Source: Biomphalaria glabrata
Taxonomy: Eukaryota
NCBI RefSeq assembly: GCF_947242115.1
Contig: NC_074722.1
Coordinates: forward strand, 29,924,340-29,988,339
Reading direction: 5' to 3'
DNA: 64,000 nt
The notes below the pieces were generated by a model that was not told where the DNA came from, did no database searches, and worked only from the letters and a program-made list of their open reading frames with translations. The translations under genes were made by a program, and so were the position numbers. Shown here piece after piece: positions 11,625 to 23,090 of this stretch; the stretch's first letter is position 1, and every line of letters starts with the position of its first letter.

Positions 11625-14600
11625 TCAGTGGAAGGCATAGAGGATGAGGAGTATGATACAGACAGCAATCACAAGTCCTAATATTATGGAGTCTCTACGC
11701 TTCCTGAAGTTGATTCTCTGGACAAGGCTGTTGATAACTGGAAATCTATCTAAATACTGGTTAAGGATAAGTCTAACAGGTTTAAAGTTGTTTACTGTTT
11801 ATAAATGTTTCTTCATCTCCCCCCCCCCCCCACCCCAGAATAGAACTTACAATCTTTTATTTACCAACACAGATGCTGTTTCGGCTCATCTAAAATTATT
11901 ATATCATAAACTTATTCTATTAAAAAAACATCAAAAACAAAAAAAAGCAACAGTTAGACAACATCCTCTAAAATAACCAAAGAATCCACACCAACATGTT
12001 TCACTGGCATACTCTTTAAAAGAAGAATAGAAAAAAAAAAAGAAAATATTTTCATTACAACTTTGACTTATTTTGTACCCGATAGAACAATTAATGATAA
12101 GTTCTAGAGTTATCAGGGGCCCGGTGGCTGAGTGGTTAAGCGCTTGGCTTCCGAACCTGGGTTCGAAACTCGGTGAAGACCCTGATTTAGAATTTCAGGA
12201 TTTTTAGGGGGCCCCTGAAAGGGTAAAAATTTTTTGTTTAGAGTTATCTTAATATTATGTAATGTAGAGGAAAGACCCATTCACAAGATTCTGTGCATCT
12301 CTAACTTCTAGAGAAGTGTTCAGGAAGAACTAAATTACAACTGCATCACTACACACTTTTGCTTGGCCTGAGATATTTATGTAACTTTAAGAACAATAGG
12401 TGAGGCAATAATTCAGGACTCTTTATAGCTACATACATTTTTTTTTTACATACATTCATCAGACAATGATGATCCATAGTATAAATACTAAGCCCAAACC
12501 AATTTCAAAAAAGGATACTGGCAACGGCATTGACTCTCATGTTGATTGAATTAAGAAACTTGGACTGTGACTGGAGGTTTTCTTTGGTGGCAATGGCTAT
12601 GCTGCAAACAATGTTAACAATTAGTTCATGTCTTGTTTTCATGGGTTGCTATTATAAGCTAACAAGTATCTAACAAGTTAAATTAAGGTCTTTTTTTTTC
12701 TTAAAGCTCAAGTTTGTTTAATGAAGATGGTAACTACTGAATTTATTCTTAAAAGCATTTTCAAAGAAATTTATTATACTTTATGTGTCATGTATAACAA
12801 TATGCTAACAAAACTTTACACACATTTTTCTATGCTAAAAATTATTTATTTTTTTTTACACCAAGCAAAAATGGACAATTATAATGGTAAAAAAAAGTTT
12901 TTTTCTGGCATTATTTATTATTACAAATTTAATTACATGACAGATCCAAACTAATTGATACAACTACACTTAAAATAATCTTTGTTTTTTCTTTAAAGTT
13001 TTTTTTTATTTTGCTTGTTTTAGTAAAGTTAAATGAAGGTATATTAAATGAAAATAATTATTGGATGCCACAGAATGTTTATAAGGCAGTTTCAAAAGTA
13101 TATAAAAAATAAGTGAACTCCAAACGGTATTTACCTAATTTGTTCATCCACTAATCTCTCTGAACTAAAGAGGAAAAAAAAAAAAAAAAGGAAATTATGT
13201 TAAAAAATTAACTTGTGTAATTATGTGTAAATGATCAATTGAGATTTTCTATTTTTTGAAATATAAATAAATTTCAAATTAAAAAAATGCATACTTGCGT
13301 ATGTGTTCATGTTCTTTGAGATACATATCAGATCTGCGATTCAAAGCTGAAGAATTTTTGTATGCACTGTTTAGAAGAAAGCAAATATAAGTTAATAAAT
13401 TAATACTGCCATTGAATAACTTATGTCTAGAATTTTAATCAATTAGACTACTGGCTGAGCAATAAAAAAAAAACAACAACCTAACAAACATCTCTTGTTC
13501 CAATGCCAAACAAGAAAAAAGGTTCAAACTTTTAATTTTAAATCAAACTCATGCTGATTTATGCCTAATGGTATTCAATGAATGCCCACTGGGCACACCC
13601 AGAGAATGGACTCACATGTGCAAGTACATTTTGTGGTTCAATATTAAGTTTGATTTGATACTTATAATTATTGTCTATAAATCAGCATAATGACAAAGAA
13701 ACTTTTTATTGCTATACGTATAAAAGTATTGCCTTAAACTTAAAAAAAAAAAAAACTTCAATCTTTCAGTGTTTGAGAAAAATACATGATTTGAGTACAC
13801 AATGCCTCTTTTGTCAACAGGTCAAAGAGCTCCAGAATAAAGTTAAAAACTTTTTATAGACATATTGAAAACTTACTTGATATCCCTCCTTACTGAACCC
13901 AACAAGTCTTCTCGTTCTCTCATTGCAGTGATGTTGGCTTTTGTTTTCTGGAACTCATGAGAGTAATCTTGAAGTATGTCTCTGTGCCTCTGCAGAGTGT
14001 GGAGCAAAGCTGCACTTGGAGATGTCGTAGAGATATTTTGAGTGTATTCTACCATTCTGTCATTGACTTCTGTCAACTACAAAGAAAGACAGTAAAAAAT
14101 TGATCAATCCATAAAAACAGCATTTCTAAATAAAAAATATTTAAATTGTAGACAAGGTAACAAAGGTAGTTTGGGTTTTAACACAAGCTCTTAGATGGCT
14201 ACTGTAAGTACACTGTTAAGCAATGAAATTCAAATGGATGATTTTGGATATTTTTAGCACAATAAAATTAGATTACAATAGTGCTTCTTTTTTTTTTTTT
14301 TGGACAGGTGAAAATGTTACTAGTAAAAAAACAGTTAATGTAAATAAAAAAGAGTACCTTTGTGTTAAGAAAATTCATAGGAAATCTCCATGTGTGGATA
14401 TCAGAAACTTTGAACTACTAACTAACAATAATCACTATCTTATCTTCCTCCATACCAAATGTACATTTTCATTTTAAAGCATGATTGCCTTTGATGATTG
14501 CCTTTGATCATTGCCCTCCGATTCATCCTTTTGCCTGTCTAAATCTAGCCATTTTTTTTATTGCAGCGGTAAAGCGCTTGGTCCCAGCTTGGAATCCTTA

Positions 14601-17600
14601 TCTTCTTCTTCTTCATCGTTCTCATTGTTATGTTGGAGTGTTCATATGACTAGACCAATACATGAGATGAACTGCGCAGTAGTTTCCATATCAGGGAACT
14701 CTCCATATAGTTTTCTTTCTATTGGAATCCTGATGATGACTGAGATTTTTCGTTTTGGGATCTTTGGGTGCCTCCGAGTCCACCCAGCTCTAATGGGTAT
14801 CTGACACTAGTTGGGGAAAAGTAAAGGTGGTTTTTCATTGTGCTGGCCACATGACACCCTTATTAACCGTGGGCCACAGAAACAGATATTTTTCACATCA
14901 TCAGCCCTATAGATCACAAGGTCTGAAAGGGGTACTTTTTAACTACACCAACAAGAGATGGGCAAATATTGCTTTAATTAAACAACATCTGCTGCCCATT
15001 TAATCTTGCTTTACAACTATTTTTTTATTTACATACAATGAATACTTTTAACCCTTAACGCATTTACTTACTAAAAAAAAAAAGTGTGTGTTACTATCAG
15101 AAATCCAAAAGTATTTTAGCACCATACAGAAAACGGTCCAATTAAAATTTTTCAGATTTAAATATGAAAATATGACAAGGGGACATACTGACGAGAACAT
15201 CATGCAAAATTAATAATTACTTTTCCCATTTAGATGAAAATTCACATTTCTGTGACCAATTCTGTGCCTCTACTTTACTCTTTATTATACAAATGTAATA
15301 TTCAGCATCAAGCATTGCTGTAAGTCCTAATCAAATAGATAGGAATTGGTTGTCTTCGATTTGAACCCCTCTAGAGCCAAGTGCAAGTGTTCTTATAGAA
15401 AACAATTACCACTTCTTACCTTTGCTAACAATTGGGATATCTCCATAGCCATTGTGTCAAACATATGTTCACTGCTAGCTTTATTCATTAAAGGAGCTGT
15501 ATCACTGAAACATTCAATGCCACATGGACAATTATTTACATTAAGTAAAAATAAATACAAGAAAAATGGACGCTCAAATACACTGAAACTAATTTGCTAC
15601 TATCTTAATGACATTAACATCTGTATAATTAATTATTCAAATTGCTATATTTGTGTAGTTAACTTAAAAAAAGGCCCTTTTTTTATTTGGCATTCATTTA
15701 ACATTTTTTTATTACTGAGTTTTTAATCAAAATTTTTAATTAAGCATATAAAGTTAGGTAGGGTTTTTTTTTATTTAATGCAAAGAAAAGGGTGAAAAAG
15801 TTAAAACCAAATTTATTCTTTTATTCTTTAAGGAGAAAAAAAAAAACAACAGCAGGAACATGATTTCCTTATAAAATATTTTAAGGCAATCTTAGTTGTT
15901 GTTTTTTGATAAAAGCACATTCATTTGCATTTTACTGAAGATCTAGTTACTATGCAAAGCAGGGAATAAAGTTTCATTTTTTCATGTTAACAAAGGAATC
16001 AAAACAAATAGTATAGTTTTTAATTATTAAATTAATGATGCAAAAAAACAGTGATCATGAGCACACAAGAAATTTAATAATACATTAAAAAAAAATAATA
16101 ATAACATTCATAGTCTGATTTTTCTTTAAAGGATAAAAGTAAATTTAACTTTATTTTGTTTGTTTTGAAAAGCATCAAATTTTAACATTCTAGTTTCTGA
16201 ATTCTGAAGTAAACAAAGCAACCTCAATCTACTCCATAACCAAATATAATTTTTTTTTTTACAGATATTAAAAATAAACCAAGATCACAAGAAAAAAAAA
16301 AGGAATGGAATGATTTGATTTGGGCAACAAAAAAGAGATGTTGGTGAGAAGTTTTCGGGAAATCTGCTCATGCAATTCAAAGAAGAATAGAGTCTAAACT
16401 TACCTATTCTCAGGCTTGTTAGTAGAGTTAGTATAGAGAGGAAGGCTGAGAGTAACAAATATATGGTATTTATAATAGTTCACAGTTTGTCATTATTTGT
16501 CTTTTAAACTAGTTATGTTTTAACCCAGCTTTGTTCTGTTTTTTTTATTGTTGTTTTTGCTTTTTAATATTATAAAAGGTATCTATGCTGTTTAAATAGT
16601 TAAAATCTATGTCATAATCATAATGCCTCTTTGACCTAACTCTACTAAATCTAATAATTTCTCTTGTTAGGGCCTTATTAAGGCATTCATGCCAAGTTTC
16701 ATCAAGACTGGTCAAACAGTTTTGATTTCTAAGGCATTCATACATATTACATTATATATATATATTAGATTAAACTATTTTGAAGGGACAGAGGAGGCCA
16801 ACGACACTAGTTTAGTCACCTTTCTTTAAATTTTACTAAACATGATATTCTGATAGAGAAATAGTCAAGTGAAGATGTATTCTAATAAATTTCAAGGAAA
16901 TTTTTTTTTAATTAAAAAGTTACAAGTTAAAAGTTAAAATGAATTAATTTTTTTACTCATGACAAAAGTGACATAAGTAAACATAAAGTTTCCCTTTCAG
17001 ACCTTGAGCTCTAAGGGCTGATGATGTTCAGGTCATCTGTAAACTATAGTAACTATTGACAAACTGATTTTTAGATATTTGTAATATTTACCTGTCATAA
17101 TCCCTCTGTGATGAATAGCTAGTTCCTAGCTTACTGAAGGACACCAATTTAAGGTCAACTTCATTTTCCAATTGTCTTGCTTGTCGTCGCAAGTCTAAAT
17201 TGAAATAAATTCAATTTTAATGTACAATACAAAACTAAAGGACATTTAATGTGAAATATTTTATCTCAAAGTGAAGCACTTATATAGAGAAAAAGCCCAT
17301 TATTTTTTTGCCTTCAATCTTATCTTTTATCTCTCTAGGCTTTAGCCTCAACCAGCATATATATATATCCTATCTGATAAATGTTGATGCACAATATTTT
17401 GGTGCTAAATGTTATTATAAAAGTTCATTTTATTATATCTTAAAAGAAAAAATAGTGTTGTTTTTTTTTGGTGCCAAGAAGGATTTCCAAAATGCACTAA
17501 ATTTATCCATGTACAACAATCTGTAGAATAGGAGATTATCATTTTTTTAAATATTGAAAAATTTAATGGAAAAAAAATAATCTTGGACCATAGTATCAAC

Positions 17601-20600
17601 CAAGATTGATGGCTGATATATGGTCAAGTTGTTCTGACCAGCTCTTGTGTCTTGCATAATGCCAGTGACTTGAGCTATTATGATTAGTTGAAATTAACAT
17701 CAGTGTTTCATTTCAAATAGGAGGCTGCATTCATTACAATTATGTTGTTTTTTTTTCTCCAGAACTTTTTTCTACCTAAGATCTAAAATATTGTAACCAA
17801 ATTTAAAATAGATCACAATATTGAAAGAATTGAGAAGAAAATGACACAGAGTGGTAGGCCCGACCTAGAATCCAAGGAATTAATGCATTTGTCAATATTT
17901 GTTTTTAGTTAAGTGTAATCTCTTGAGAATATTTTCACATCATTTATTGGTCGACCAGGTACAAATCATGGTCAAGGTGAGACGTCAGTCCCAAACACCA
18001 AGTCTATCATTTACATTGAACTGTTAGAATTGTGGAGCTGGCTGCCATATATTTTTTACATTATTATATTACCATTTTGCCACAAATCACTAATGTGCTA
18101 CCAATTTAAAAAAGACAAAGGTGGAAAATATATGCTAATAAAACTAGATCTAGCAAGTGTTAGGTACAACCCTGCTCTCCCTCACTTTGATTCTGTCTCT
18201 CCTCTCTGCCTAAATTAATAATCATGTACTAAGCAAGTTTTAAAAAAGCTGCAGTAGAGGAAACAGGAAGGGACAATTATTGATAGACCAGGTACCAAAT
18301 TAGATCTATTCACAATCACTGAGTGGAATGAGCAGGTCTTACCATAAGTTTTTTTTTTTTGTTAAATAGATGGGCTACAGGTACAGGATAGCACAGGTAA
18401 AGTGTCCAATGACCAATGCCGTTGGCAATGCTAATGGCTTAGTCAGCCTTAGTAAGTCATGGCATGGCATCAGTTATATTGTTATATTATTATTATACAC
18501 TGGCGCCTACAGTTACTTACAACTTACAGTACACCAGTACACAGACTGTGACAGACACTGAGACAGAACAGTGAAAGTCACAGCCTACTCAGGCAACTGT
18601 GACTGTCTCAGTCAGTGTCTCACTCTCAGTGTGAGTGTCTGAACTGCTAAGACTAAGATCATCATCTACATTTTAGACATTTAGATTTTAGATCTACATT
18701 CAGAGACATTCTACATTGATGATTGAATTTGAAGTCTAAGTTAACTAACTAAGTACTCTAACTGTAACTCTTAGCTCTAAGTCACCAACTTGATTAAGTT
18801 AAGTAAGTAGATCTAGAATCTAAGTCTAAGACTAATCTAAGACTAAGACGTCTAAGTCTAAGTACTAACTAAGTTAGTTACGTAGTTAACGACAACGTTA
18901 CGACGTAGAGTAACTTACATCTATCGAACACCTTCGTTTTAAGGTACTTATCGAACACCCCATTGTATTTTTTAAAATTCTCCTTTATTTCGATGATTAT
19001 GAAGAAACTAGTCCATTCTTATTGTGCATCGTCCATTTCTTGATAGTTAAGTTATAATTAGTTTCATTTTCACCCGAGGATCATTTTTTTACTTATATTC
19101 AAAGTGCATTGGTAATATTGGTATAAAAAATTCACATTTTTTGAACTCTTGGGAAGAGTGGAGTGAGTCTCGGGTTAAGGGTATTTTTTAATGCTAATGA
19201 CGCTTCAGCTCAAAAAAACTATATAATACGCTTCTAATTAGGCTGAGAAATATTTACAACTATTTATTTGAAAGTGTCCTTTGTTACCTAAACATGAAAA
19301 TTGAGGTTTAAAAAGGGGGTGTTCGATAATAGCAGTTTTTATATAAGCAATCTCAGCTTCGTAAGATATCGAACGCCATTTTAATGTTAAAAATAAACAT
19401 CAAAGGGATATAACCCAAAGAAGACAAAATATTTAAATTATATATTTTTTAATTGTTATTTTTTAAAATAATGTAATGCAAAGTACAGTTATAATTTAAT
19501 CATATGTTACAATTTGTATCAGCTATTTGTGGTTTACCGTAAATGTGCTATATTTTTTTAAGTAAATAGATTTACATCGATATGCACTAATTGTACCCAT
19601 TTTAAAAGCTTGATTTTATGACACATATATATTATAGCTTGATGCTAATGGCATCTACGGCCCACGAAAACAGGTCGCAGAGTGGAATGTATTCAGTTGT
19701 GGAATGTATTCAGTTGTTGTTTCTTTTTCAGATGCCCCATTCTATTAACTTCTGAATTTGCCCCATTCTATTAACTTCTGAATTATGTGTTATAAATACC
19801 AATACCTAGCGCATGTGCTTGATGTGAAGAGATATTAATAAAACGAAAGGGCAAAGGGGGAGGTATAGAATGCAGATATGGTATTTTGAAATAAAAATGT
19901 CTTGGGCAGGTAAAAAAAAAAAGGTCGGGGGGTGGGGGAGAGAAACAGTCAAGACACTGTATCCAGAGATCATCAATAATTGATCGACCATTAGAATGTG
20001 ACGTCAGCCTCAAATACATAGAGTCAGTTGTGCTTCTCGATCTAGACGTGTGGCGCCGAGTCTATAAAATTATATATATATATATATATTTGCCATAAAG
20101 TATGATAAAGCTCATAATGCGCTACAAAGACACTCCTTTGAAACATCACAAATACACAAAATAATAACAATAACGCATTTAACAACTCTCCTATTCTGCC
20201 TACACCCCCTTACCCGCGCTTCCACTCTCCAACATTCACACTTTTTCAGTGCAAAGTAACAACGTAAATTTCAAGACTCAATCCAAACGCAGCCACCAGA
20301 CTAACACACAACAAAAAAAAAATGGTCAGTGATAGCGTAACACACAGGTGTAAACCAGGCCATCAACACAGCCCCAAAACATTGTTCAAGTTGTAGTAAG
20401 AACAATGTTGAGGGGAAAGGGGGAGGAGCCATCAGTCGAGTACCTACGGTCAAGCCGCTAATTAGGTCACAAACACTAGGCATGATAGATACGTAGTATA
20501 TATAGATATGTTGTTTGTGTGTGTGTGTGACAAATACTAAGCGTGCTCTAAAATACGTTGTTTTTTTTTTTTTTTTTGGTTAACCAGGTGGTTTAGGGAG

Positions 20601-21650
20601 GGCGGATTTATCTACATCTATAGGTAACACAGCTTGCAAGCTACCATAGGCTTATAGCTTTTCAGCACCCCCCCTCCCCGCCCAGATCGAAAAATATCTA
20701 GCACTGACTTTTGGGCTGTTACATACACTGAGCGTGCTAGATCGGCGGCTAGTTACGTAGGGCCGCGTACCGTATGTTTCGTTTTTAGGTCAACCAATTA
20801 AACTGTTGTGTCCTGCAATGACTTGGGGAGGGCGGGATTATCTATTGGCTACCAAAGCTTATTAGGCTCTCCCTCAAATAAATAATATCTGGATTTAATT
20901 TATTAATGGCCTTATGTCTCAAAATAGCTTAGACCTAAATAAGTACTACGGTAATGCGTTACTGGGCTTAGCACCGTCAGTTTCTAAGCAGAGCTGATCA
21001 GTGATAGATTTCTTCGATGTGGACCATTTGAAAATGACTAAAAATCTGTCTTTCTTGACATGGCGTAAAAAGAAAATGATATAAATAAAAAAAAAAATAG
21101 ATTATAACACTTTTGAAACACCATACTTTTCACAAAATTTTAAGATTATAACACTTTTAAAACACCATACTTCTCGTGTGTTCGATAAGTTCTTAATATG
21201 TTCGATAAGATAAGATAAAGCTAAAAAAGTGTTCGATAATTTAAGCTTTTGAAATCATCAACCTGACCCATTTTAACATCAAATATAAGTTTAACTATGA
21301 GTATTAATAGAATAAAACATGTCTACTTTTTAAGAAAAATGGATGAGGAGTTCACAGATACAATCAGTTTTTTTCTAGGTCTAATTTTTACGGAGATACA
21401 CAAATTCAAACATAAAAAATGTCGGCGAATGAGCTTAACTTGTTCGATAAACGTAAGTTACTGTAGTCGTAGTAAGTTGAACTTTTACAATTTTTTATTT
21501 ACATGGTCATAACAAAACAATCAGATCTATAGACATGCCCAGCCAATAAATAGATATCTAAATCTAGATGTAACAATATTTAGTCTAAATTTAAGAAATA
21601 TAAAAATAAAAAGCGTGAATACCTTCCCAAAGATTACCCATTTCTGCCAT
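11625..21650 (-). CDS. GOSR1: Golgi SNAP receptor complex member 1 (GS28) ortholog with 7 coding exons on the minus strand: 21623-21650 (ATG), 17092-17194, 15420-15504, 13877-14076, 13295-13366, 12535-12631 (alternative lower bound 12519) and 11625-11756 (including stop).
   Basis: The product is MAEMGNLWE/DLRRQARQLENEVDLKLVSFSKLGTSYSSQRDYDR/SDTAPLMNKASSEHMFDTMAMEISQLLAK/LTEVNDRMVEYTQNISTTSPSAALLHTLQRHRDILQDYSHEFQKTKANITAMREREDLLGSVRRDIN/AYKNSSALNRRSDMYLKEHEHIRK/KHELIVNIVCSIAIATKENLQSQSKFLNSINMR/YLDRFPVINSLVQRINFRKRRDSIILGLVIAVCIILLILYAFH*. It is colinear with human GS28 (MAAGTSSYWEDLRKQARQLENELDLKLVSFSKLC ... LTGVNDKMAEYT...ALMHTLQRHRDILQDYTHEFHKTKANFMAIRERENLMGSVRKDIESYKSGSGVNNRRTELFLKEHDHLRNSDRLIEEAISIAMATKEN...NRFPAVNSLIQRINLRKRRDSLILGGVIGICTILLLLYAFH), including the C-terminal tail-anchor. 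All phases are consistent. The exon-6 donor is weak: AGA|GTCAAT at 12535 versus A|GTATCC at 12519, and both are phase-compatible with alternative acceptors for exon 7. Confidence 0.9.
12116..12230 (+). mobile_element. tRNA-derived SINE (family 1), head fragment.
   Basis: The sequence ggggcccggtggctgagtggttaagcgcttggcttccgaacctgggttcgaaactcggtgaagaccctgatttagaatttcaggatttttagggggcccctgaaaggg has an A-box TGGCTGAGTGG and a B-box GGTTCGAAAC. The same head plus a shared tail occurs at five other sites, so it is not a genuine tRNA. Confidence 0.7.
14563..14935 (+). mobile_element. Family-1 SINE copy with an internal expansion.
   Basis: The tail ...ccacccagctctaatgggtatctgacactagttggggaaaagtaaaggtggttt...gacacccttattaaccgtgggccacagaaacagat...cagccctatagatcacaaggtctgaaagggg is colinear with the 49128-49400 copy. 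Confidence 0.6.
16980..17055 (-). mobile_element. Family-1 SINE tail fragment (GOSR1 intron 2).
   Basis: The text gtttccctttcagaccttgagctctaagggctgatgatgttcaggtcatctgtaaactatagt matches the tail ccctttcagaccttg..ctataggg.catctgt. Confidence 0.5.
18650..18905. repeat. Degenerate (CTAGAT)n / (CTAAG)n low-complexity tract (GOSR1 intron 1).
   Basis: Representative text: taagactaagatcatcatctacattttagacatttagattttagatctacattc...gtagatctagaatctaagtctaagactaatctaagactaagacgtctaagtctaag. Confidence 0.6.
20580..20860. promoter_or_regulatory. Promoter-like island inside GOSR1 intron 1: two GC boxes (GGGAGGGCGG at 20596-20605 and 20825-20836), CCAAT boxes (caaccaat at 20791-20798, inverted attggct at 20844-20850), and a CRE palindrome TGACGTCA at 19999-20006 nearby.
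   Basis: The motifs are read directly from the sequence. The two GC-box segments are paralogous (tagggagggcggatttatctac versus ggggagggcgggattatctattggctac). No associated exon was identified. Confidence 0.3.
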
Positions 21651-21800
21651 AGTTTTTCTCATGATGTTGGCAATTTCTCGCGAGAAAAACAGAGCTCTTT
21701 AGTTTCTCAAAAAAAAAATTGTTGTTGTTGCTGTTGAAGATTTCCGCTAGCTATCAATACGTACATCGACTTTTGTTTAAATCAATTTCACCTCAAAATT
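21651..21800 (-). promoter_or_regulatory. GOSR1 proximal promoter region; perfect palindrome TCTCGCGAGA at 21676-21685, 26 bp upstream of the ATG.
   Basis: TCTCGCGAGA sits 26 bp 5' of the ATG on the minus strand (plus-strand text catgatgttggcaatttctcgcgagaaaaacagag). TCTCGCGAGA is a recognised conserved core-promoter palindrome of TATA-less metazoan housekeeping promoters. No TATA box is visible. Confidence 0.45.
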
Positions 21801-22099
21801 TTTATTAAATTATTTCAACCAGACAGACTTTGATTTTGAATTTCTTTTATCTTTAGAAACCATCTCGGCAATATCCGCATTTAGCGTCGGTATTTACACT
21901 CCTGGCCATTTTTCGTCGTTGTCAAGACGCATGATCAAGACCAAAAGCATTATCAAAAGGGGGAATAACCTACCGACTTTAATCATGGATAGGAAGAGAG
22001 AGAAAATAAACTAATAGAAATAATAGAGCTAAAGAGCCGACTCACAGACCTATATAAAATACCGACCGTAAATACGGATAGCTATGTAGAATGTCCACA

Positions 22100-22430
22100 G
22101 GACATCCTGTATGGAGATCTAATAGAAGGCACTTTTACGTTATACGGATGTATGCAAACGCGACATGAAGCTCTTCAAAATCGACACTGGCAACTGGGAA
22201 GAGGTGGCACTGGACAGATCCACATGGAGAGAGAGTATAAAGGAAGGGTCACGGATTGCAGATGTCATACACAACAGAAGCAGAAAGAAGGGTGAAAATG
22301 CAACGGCGCCTGGTGATTATATTTGCCCAACCTGCGATCGCAGCTGTGTATCAAGGATTGGCCTCTTTAGTCACACAAGAAGTTGCAAAGGGAAAAGATC
22401 GTCTCTCGAGACGTAAAATGCCACAGATGT
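22100..22430 (+). mobile_element. CR1/L2-type LINE 3' fragment.
   Basis: ORF 22165-22416 has the diagnostic tail ...WEEVALDRSTWRESIKEG...YICPTCDRSCVSRIGLFSHTRSCKG (the DRSxWR motif plus a C2H2-like end), with a stop at 22416. Confidence 0.6.
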
Positions 22431-22739
22431 AGAATGAATAAACAACTAGGAATATATCTATAGATCTACAATTCTACACTATTGCTAGCAGTAGTTTTTA
22501 TAGGGGGAGGAGAGAATATTATATTATTTTATAATTATTAAATATATTCTTATTAATTACATCTAAAGTACAATTTTCGCAGAAAAAAATAGTGGATCTA
22601 GATGTGGCTAGGTCCAGGTACAGATTTTTTGGACTAAAATTTAATCTTCTGAGTAGAACACAAAATATAGAGCACAAATGTAAATAACGAGAAATAATTT
22701 CATTTAGTACTCCCTTTAAACATGCCCATTATAGCCCAG

Positions 22740-23090
22740 TATCAGGTTTGATTAAGGTTATCCCCCTTTGCCCTAATTGCAGCCCTAATTGGCGCGGTTA
22801 TCGTTTGCGCATTGGCGTCATTAGGTTCCCAACCCTAATCGTGCCAATATCGGCCCAGAATGGGTAAAAGCACTTCTGGATTCATTGGGGATTTCCAGAA
22901 TCGCGCCATAATCAAGCCCATACTAGCCCCAATGGTATAGTAACTGACATTTTTATTGGGGCTCAATTAAGGATAAACCTTATTGTGCCATTATCGGTCC
23001 GATGCTGGCCCTAATGGTTTAGTAACTGAAATATTTATTAGGGCTCAATTAGGGATAACCCTTATTGCAGTGGCTTAGCTAGGGTGGGGG
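22740..23090. repeat. CpG-containing tandem/dispersed repeat built on a ccctaat(t/c)g motif, with two adjacent units of about 113 bp at 22905-23090.
   Basis: The units are ...ccccaatggtatagtaactgacatttttattggggctcaattaaggataaaccttattgtgccattatcggtccgatgctggccctaatggtttagtaactgaaatatttattagggctcaattagggataacccttattgcag. The motif ccctaatt recurs at least six times. Confidence 0.5.

Noticed and set aside
12116-12190. tRNA-like sequence with A and B boxes (ggggcccggtggctgagtggttaagcgcttggcttccgaacctgggttcgaaactcggtgaagaccc).
   Set aside because: The same head followed by a shared non-tRNA tail of about 200 bp occurs at 14563, 31712 (rc), 49128 and 59007 (rc), with TSDs. The cloverleaf stems are imperfect. 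It is therefore a tRNA-derived SINE family, not a tRNA gene.
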